A DNA stretch of 64,000 nt. Source: an uncultured Acholeplasmataceae bacterium. GTDB lineage: Bacteria > Bacillota_I > Bacilli_A > Acholeplasmatales > Acholeplasmataceae. Shown piece after piece: positions 59,428 to 64,000 of this stretch. Location of the stretch: contig CAUUEZ010000004.1 of assembly GCA_963544405.1 (NCBI GenBank), forward strand, positions 16,741-80,740, written 5' to 3'. Position 1 is the stretch's first letter; each line of letters opens with the position of its first letter. Below the pieces are notes generated by a model. The model made no database searches, had not been told where the DNA came from, and saw nothing but the letters and a program-made list of their open reading frames with translations. The translations under genes and the position numbers were made by a program.

Positions 59428-60900
59428 CTATTCTCTTTCTGTGTAGTCGTTGTTGCTTTTATCTACACCAAATTCATTGAACTTAGAGTGATTTAAAATA
59501 AAGTCGTAGTTGATAAAGATATTAGCCTCACCGCGACGGTTTTTCGCAATAGTCAGCGAAACTTGTTTAACATTTCGGTTAATTTGATTGGCGTTGTCAG
59601 CAAAATAAGCAGGATCGCTTTCCTGCATAGTGGTAATTATTGCGTCTTGCAAAGCGGTCTCGGGTTCATGGATAAATAAAATAACGTCTGCGTCTTGCTC
59701 AATCGCCCCAGACTCGCGAAGATCTGAAAGCAGTGGAGTTTTAGACTCACGGCGCTCAACTTGACGAGAAAGTTGAGAAAGACAAAGCACCGGAACTTGA
59801 AGTTCACGCGCAAGTTGTTTTAAGGCTCGCGAGTTTTTAGCCACTTCGTTTTCACGACTCATTGACCTTGAAACTTCACCTTCAAGTAGTTGCAAGTAGT
59901 CAATTACGATAAAATCAAGTTTGTTTTTGCTTTTAAGTTGTCTACATTTTGCGCGAATATCGTTGACGTTATTGCTAATTGAGTCGTCAAAAATAATATT
60001 TAGGTTTTTAACAATAGTCTGAGCCTGCTCGGTGGCTGTCCATTCATCTGCACCCATGTACCCCGTGCTTAGACGGTGGCTGTCAATCATTCCAACATTG
60101 GCCATAATTCGTTGAGTTAATTGCAGGTTAGACATTTCTAGTGAAAAAAAGGCAACATGTTTGTCAGAATGCGCTACATTAACTGCTAAGTTAATTGCAA
60201 ACGCAGTTTTACCAGCACCAGGACGAGCTGCCAAAATAATTAACTCCTCGGCTCTAAGTCCACCAAGTACGTGGTCAAGGCGAGGATACTCTGTTCTAAG
60301 GCCGTTAATGCCTTCACTGGAGTTGGCTAAAAGTTTAGCCTCTTGAACAACTAAATCTGCGACTTCTCCAACTGTAGTAAACCCACCAACTGTACGTTTT
60401 TTAGTAATGCCGAAAAGTTCGGCTTCTGCCCAGTCAAAAAGTTCTGTGTACTTCTCTGAGTTTAGCATAGCGCGCTCAGACATTTTTTTACTAAGTTCAA
60501 TAATTTCTCGCTTAAAGGCGTATCCTTTAATTACGTTAATATATGACTTAAAGTAAGAACTAGTTGCAACTAAATCAGAAAGTTCCAAAGTATACTGGTT
60601 CTCAGCAATCGGTAAACTACCACGGTAGAAAGTTTTCAGTTCATCTAAAACATCTGGTAGCGTAAAAATTTCTTTAGTTTGACCGCACTTAAGCATAGCC
60701 TTGAAAACATTTTGGTGTTTTTCTAAATAAAACATCTCGGGTGTCAAAAGATCTGCGACCTCAACCAAAATTTTAGGCTCAGCAAAAATAGCGGCTAAAA
60801 GTGCACGCTCTGCTTCTTCAGAAAAAGGAATTGCAGGCAAGGCACTTGCTAAATTATTATTTGGTTTTTTAGGCTGCGTCATGATTTTGTGGGCGAACAT
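59428..60900 (-). CDS. dnaB: Replicative DNA helicase
   Basis: Motifs are ARPGAGKTAFAINLA and IVIDYLQLL. ATG 60900 is used because the track start at 60903 is a TTG. The start is uncertain, with ATG 60882 also possible. It overlaps the rplI 3' end. Confidence 0.9.
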   Translation of the reverse strand: MFAHKIMTQPKKPNNNLASALPAIPFSEEAERALLAAIFAEPKILVEVADLLTPEMFYLEKHQNVFKAMLKCGQTKEIFTLPDVLDELKTFYRGSLPIAENQYTLELSDLVATSSYFKSYINVIKGYAFKREIIELSKKMSERAMLNSEKYTELFDWAEAELFGITKKRTVGGFTTVGEVADLVVQEAKLLANSSEGINGLRTEYPRLDHVLGGLRAEELIILAARPGAGKTAFAINLAVNVAHSDKHVAFFSLEMSNLQLTQRIMANVGMIDSHRLSTGYMGADEWTATEQAQTIVKNLNIIFDDSISNNVNDIRAKCRQLKSKNKLDFIVIDYLQLLEGEVSRSMSRENEVAKNSRALKQLARELQVPVLCLSQLSRQVERRESKTPLLSDLRESGAIEQDADVILFIHEPETALQDAIITTMQESDPAYFADNANQINRNVKQVSLTIAKNRRGEANIFINYDFILNHSKFNEFGVDKSNNDYTERE

Positions 60901-61324
60901 CAACGGTTAATTTGGCAATAAAGTCTTTATTAAAGCGAATTGTTGCCAAAAAGCGGCCGGTTGAGTTAATAGGGTTTTCCAGTTCTACTTTTTTCTTATC
61001 AATTATAATTTCGTGTTGTTCGGCTAAAGCATCTGCTATGTGTTTAGCGGTAACTGCACCAAACATTTTCCCACCTTCGCCAGTTTTAACCGTTACAACC
61101 ACGGTTTTAGTTTCAATATTGACCTTGAGTGCACTATACATTTTTGCAGCTTCTTTTTCCTGTTCTGCTTTTTCTAAGAAAAATTGTTCTCGGGCCTTTA
61201 GATTTTCTTCGCTAGCAGGCTCAGCAATACCTTCGTTAAATAAATATTTAGCGTAGCCAGCGGTTACTTCAATTAAGTCGCGGGCTTTGTTTTTCTTAAA
61301 ATCTTTTTTCAAAATAACTTTCAT
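60869..61324 (-). CDS. rplI: 50S ribosomal protein L9, reading from an internal ATG inside the 820-aa fused ORF
   Basis: MKVILKKDFKK...GYAKYLF...TGEGGKMFGAVTAKHIADAL, 151 aa. AAGGGAGAA lies 4-5 nt upstream of ATG 61324. Confidence 0.88.
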   Translation of the reverse strand: MKVILKKDFKKNKARDLIEVTAGYAKYLFNEGIAEPASEENLKAREQFFLEKAEQEKEAAKMYSALKVNIETKTVVVTVKTGEGGKMFGAVTAKHIADALAEQHEIIIDKKKVELENPINSTGRFLATIRFNKDFIAKLTVDVRPQNHDAA

Positions 61325-63331
61325 ATTTTCTCCCTTTTGGTTATATTCAGCGTCTACTATGTATCTTAGTTTTATCGCAACTTCGTTAATGTTTGCGTTT
61401 GCTACTTTTGCAGCCGCTGCCTGGAAGTGTCCGCCACCGCCAATTTGCTCTAAAATCAACTGAACATTGATGTTTTGTTTAATAGACCTGGCAGAAACAT
61501 AGACGTCTTCACCAATTTTGGCAATTGCGAAAGCAGCGTCAATGTTTTCAATTTTAACAGCAGCTTCGGCGATTTGGGCAAGTAGCGTGCGGTTGCTAAT
61601 TTGCTCGTATACCGAAATAAAGCCAAAGCGGTCTAAGAAAACTTGCAGGCCTGCGACAGCATCGTTAATTAGTTGAACTGAGGATAGTTGGTTTCTGAGC
61701 CAGTCTTTAACTAAAATCATATTTGCGCCTTTTTCCTTTAAGTAAGAACAGGCTGCAAAAGTATTGGCGCTGGTTCTAAAAGTAAAGGAATTGGTGTCAA
61801 CTACTATTCCGGCTAAAACTGCAGAGGCTTCTGTTTGAGTTAAAGTTAACTTCAGTCCAAAGAACGGAATTAAAGAAATTATCATTTCGCAAACCGATGA
61901 AGTGTTTGGCTCAATAAACTGAAATAAAGCCTTTTCAAAATTACCTTGAACTTGTCGGTGATGGTCAATTGTTAAAATTCTTTCGGCTTTTTGATAGATA
62001 GCAGGTGAGATCAATCTCGCTTCAATTGATGTGTCTACGCAAATTAACAGAGTGTCTTCAGAAATTAGCGGTAAAATTTGGACTTCACTTAAAAAAGTAC
62101 TTAAGAAACGTGGGTTTTCAGAAAGTACAATTTTGGCAACTTTACGAGCAGTTTCGTCAAACTGAGTTTCGCGGTAGTATAAGTACACTCCGTCTTTTTT
62201 TACTTCTTTGGCAATTAAGTAAAGCAGCAGCGCTGAACCAAAGGAATCCGTGTCGGTATCGGTGTGTCCCATAATCACGACGTTTTTCGCGCGATTAATT
62301 TCGGCTTTAATGGTTTCTGCGTTAAAACGCGAAGAAACAGCGTTGTGATTTTGCACAGAGTCTACTTTTGCGCCAAAAAACTGGACATTTTCATTTTCTA
62401 TATTGACAACCGCTTGTCCACCACCGCGGTTTTGAGCAAGTTCCAAGGCTTCTTGGGCGATCTGTGCATTTTTAAGTAAGTCTAGAGTAGCCCAGGCAGC
62501 TACACCCATGGAAAGTGAAACTAAAACATTGTTGTCTTTTGAAAGTTGATTGATTTGGTCAATTATTTCAAACTTGGTGTCAACCATTTTATCTAAGTTT
62601 AGGCGGTCTGTGACAAACAAGAATTTTTCGTTTCCAAAACTTTTAAAGAAGCACGAAAACTTAGCTGCCCACTCAGACATTAGAATAAAGAACTTTGATC
62701 TAAGAGCAGACTGCTGGGCAATTTCTAGTTTGGTAAGTTGCTCGTCTAAGTTCTCAATTTCAATAAAGCCGATAATAGTGGTTTTATTGAAGTAAAGTTG
62801 ACGCAAATGCTCTCGTTCAGAGACGTCGTACATCAATATAGAGTGCACAGGCTCATCGTAAATTACGTCAAAGTCGCGTTGGTTAATTTTAAATAAAAAC
62901 GGTGCTTGGTAAGTCTCAATTTGTTTAGCAAGTTCTTTTGAAAACTCACTTAGTTCAGTGTGGGCACATAATTCTGGAAAAATCTTTTTAGCGTATTCAT
63001 TAATGAAAGTAACTTCAGTAAGTTCATTTAAAGTCAAGACACAAATCGGCAGTTGATTAAGCAGTTTGTCTGAAATCTCATTGATGTTAAAAGAAACTTC
63101 TGACCACATCTCAAGGCGTTTGTTTAATTTAGTTTCTGTGTTTTTTGTTTTAGTTTTAATCAAAAAAATTAAACTTAAAAAAAACAAAACTAAAGTTAAA
63201 AAAACTAAAGAAAGTGCAGCAATTGAAACTGCTTTTTTGCTTTCAGTAAAATGAGGTGGAAAGATAAAAAGTAAAACTAAAGAGGTCACAAGAGTGACTG
63301 AAGTTGTTGCTAAAAATAGGTACTTTTTCAT
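61325..63331 (-). CDS. gdpP: GdpP-type (YybT) DHH/DHHA1 phosphodiesterase with 2 N-terminal TM segments. It has no stop codon of its own before rplI.
   Basis: The N-terminal TM pair, a degenerate GGDEF-like middle and the DHH region (VIMGHTDTDTDSFGSA, IDHHR, GGGH) are present. The ORF 60869..63331 is continuous through ...EYNQKGEN|MKVIL. Confidence 0.85.
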
Positions 63332-63356
63332 TTAAAACCTCCTTAATTTATATATA

Positions 63357-63986
63357 TTATAGCTTATTTAAACGGGTTTTTTGTGTGCTTAATTGGTGTT
63401 TTTTGTCAATAAAGACTAAAAAAAACTGTGGGATTTCAAGGGATTTCTGAGCTACTGAAATACAACCTATCTGGGGTTTGTTAAACCTAAAGGATTTAAC
63501 CATTGGAAAAGAGATTTTGGTGTCAATTTCGTGAATTGGCAAAGGAAGGCCTTCCATTTTAAAATAAGCCTCGGCTGTGGTCCACAGTTTAAAGAAGTAT
63601 TCAACTTTGTTTGCCTGAGTTAAAAAAACCTGGCGGATGTTTTCAGAAAATCCTCTGAGCAGCACAGAAAAACCCCTGTTTTTAAAAAACTCACAATCTA
63701 TACCGATGGGTTTGGTAGAAACAGCGACCGCAATTAACCCTGGTTTGTTTGAAATAGAGATAAAGAACTTAGATAAAAAAAAGTAGTTATAGGGCATTTT
63801 ATAGTAGTTGATTTGCTTAGTTGTTGTGAAAAAGTTTTCAGTTAAAACTTTATTTAAAAGCAAATGCTTTAACACGGTGTAGAGTTTTTTATCTGGCAAA
63901 TCTGTAAAGTCTACGTCTAAATTCGCTTGAATTATAGCCTTGGCGTTAGTAGTTTGTGCGTAGGTAAGTAAATAGATTTTTTTCAT
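63357..63986 (-). CDS. 4'-phosphopantetheinyl transferase superfamily protein (Sfp-like size)
   Basis: 209 aa. Motifs are GIDCEFF and LWTTAEAYFKMEG. Confidence 0.65.
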   Translation of the reverse strand: MKKIYLLTYAQTTNAKAIIQANLDVDFTDLPDKKLYTVLKHLLLNKVLTENFFTTTKQINYYKMPYNYFFLSKFFISISNKPGLIAVAVSTKPIGIDCEFFKNRGFSVLLRGFSENIRQVFLTQANKVEYFFKLWTTAEAYFKMEGLPLPIHEIDTKISFPMVKSFRFNKPQIGCISVAQKSLEIPQFFLVFIDKKHQLSTQKTRLNKL

Positions 63987-64000
63987 AATTTATTGATTGT

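Overview
Low-GC, gene-dense bacterial chromosome segment, about 90% coding and mostly on the minus strand. The gene content looks like Mollicutes or Firmicutes. It reads cleanly with the standard code: UGA is a stop (for example plsX ends in TGA) and every conserved Trp I checked is TGG. That argues for an Acholeplasma-like or related lineage rather than Mycoplasma or Spiroplasma. Positions 1-16.3 kb hold two tandem paralogous giant genes for membrane-anchored repeat proteins. Each is built from ~504-nt modules (a MucBP-like half plus an InlB B-repeat/Flg_new-like half). The first gene is split by a 1-nt frameshift, and long poly(A/T) tracts lie upstream of both. The rest is mainly housekeeping. 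It includes aroQ-aroK-miaA, a tail-anchored protein with HeH motifs and an acidic repeat, miaB-ymdB-rny, def, a DUF2779-type nuclease, an Ig-like surface protein, flavodoxin and dnaE. It also has a complete F1Fo ATP synthase operon with upp and rpiB. One long same-strand array runs yycJ-rlmH-aroF-aroB-(aroA/chorismate mutase/aroE fusion)-aroC-plsX-rnc-dnaD-like. After that come a 992-aa lipoprotein, tsaC-prmC-prfA-dnaB-rplI-gdpP and a PPTase. The accessory part is a visibly AT-richer ~3 kb islet at 53.65-56.8 kb, next to tRNA-Gln(CUG). It carries a gamma-class N6-adenine methyltransferase, an unrecognisable 261-aa protein and a frameshift-decayed AlbA_2/Schlafen-like gene. Other oddities are a gdpP ORF that runs in frame into rplI with no stop, and a stand-alone 36-codon ORF with strong expression signals. 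I saw no rRNA, CRISPR array, transposase or integrase. All family assignments come from motif recognition by eye, not from searches.
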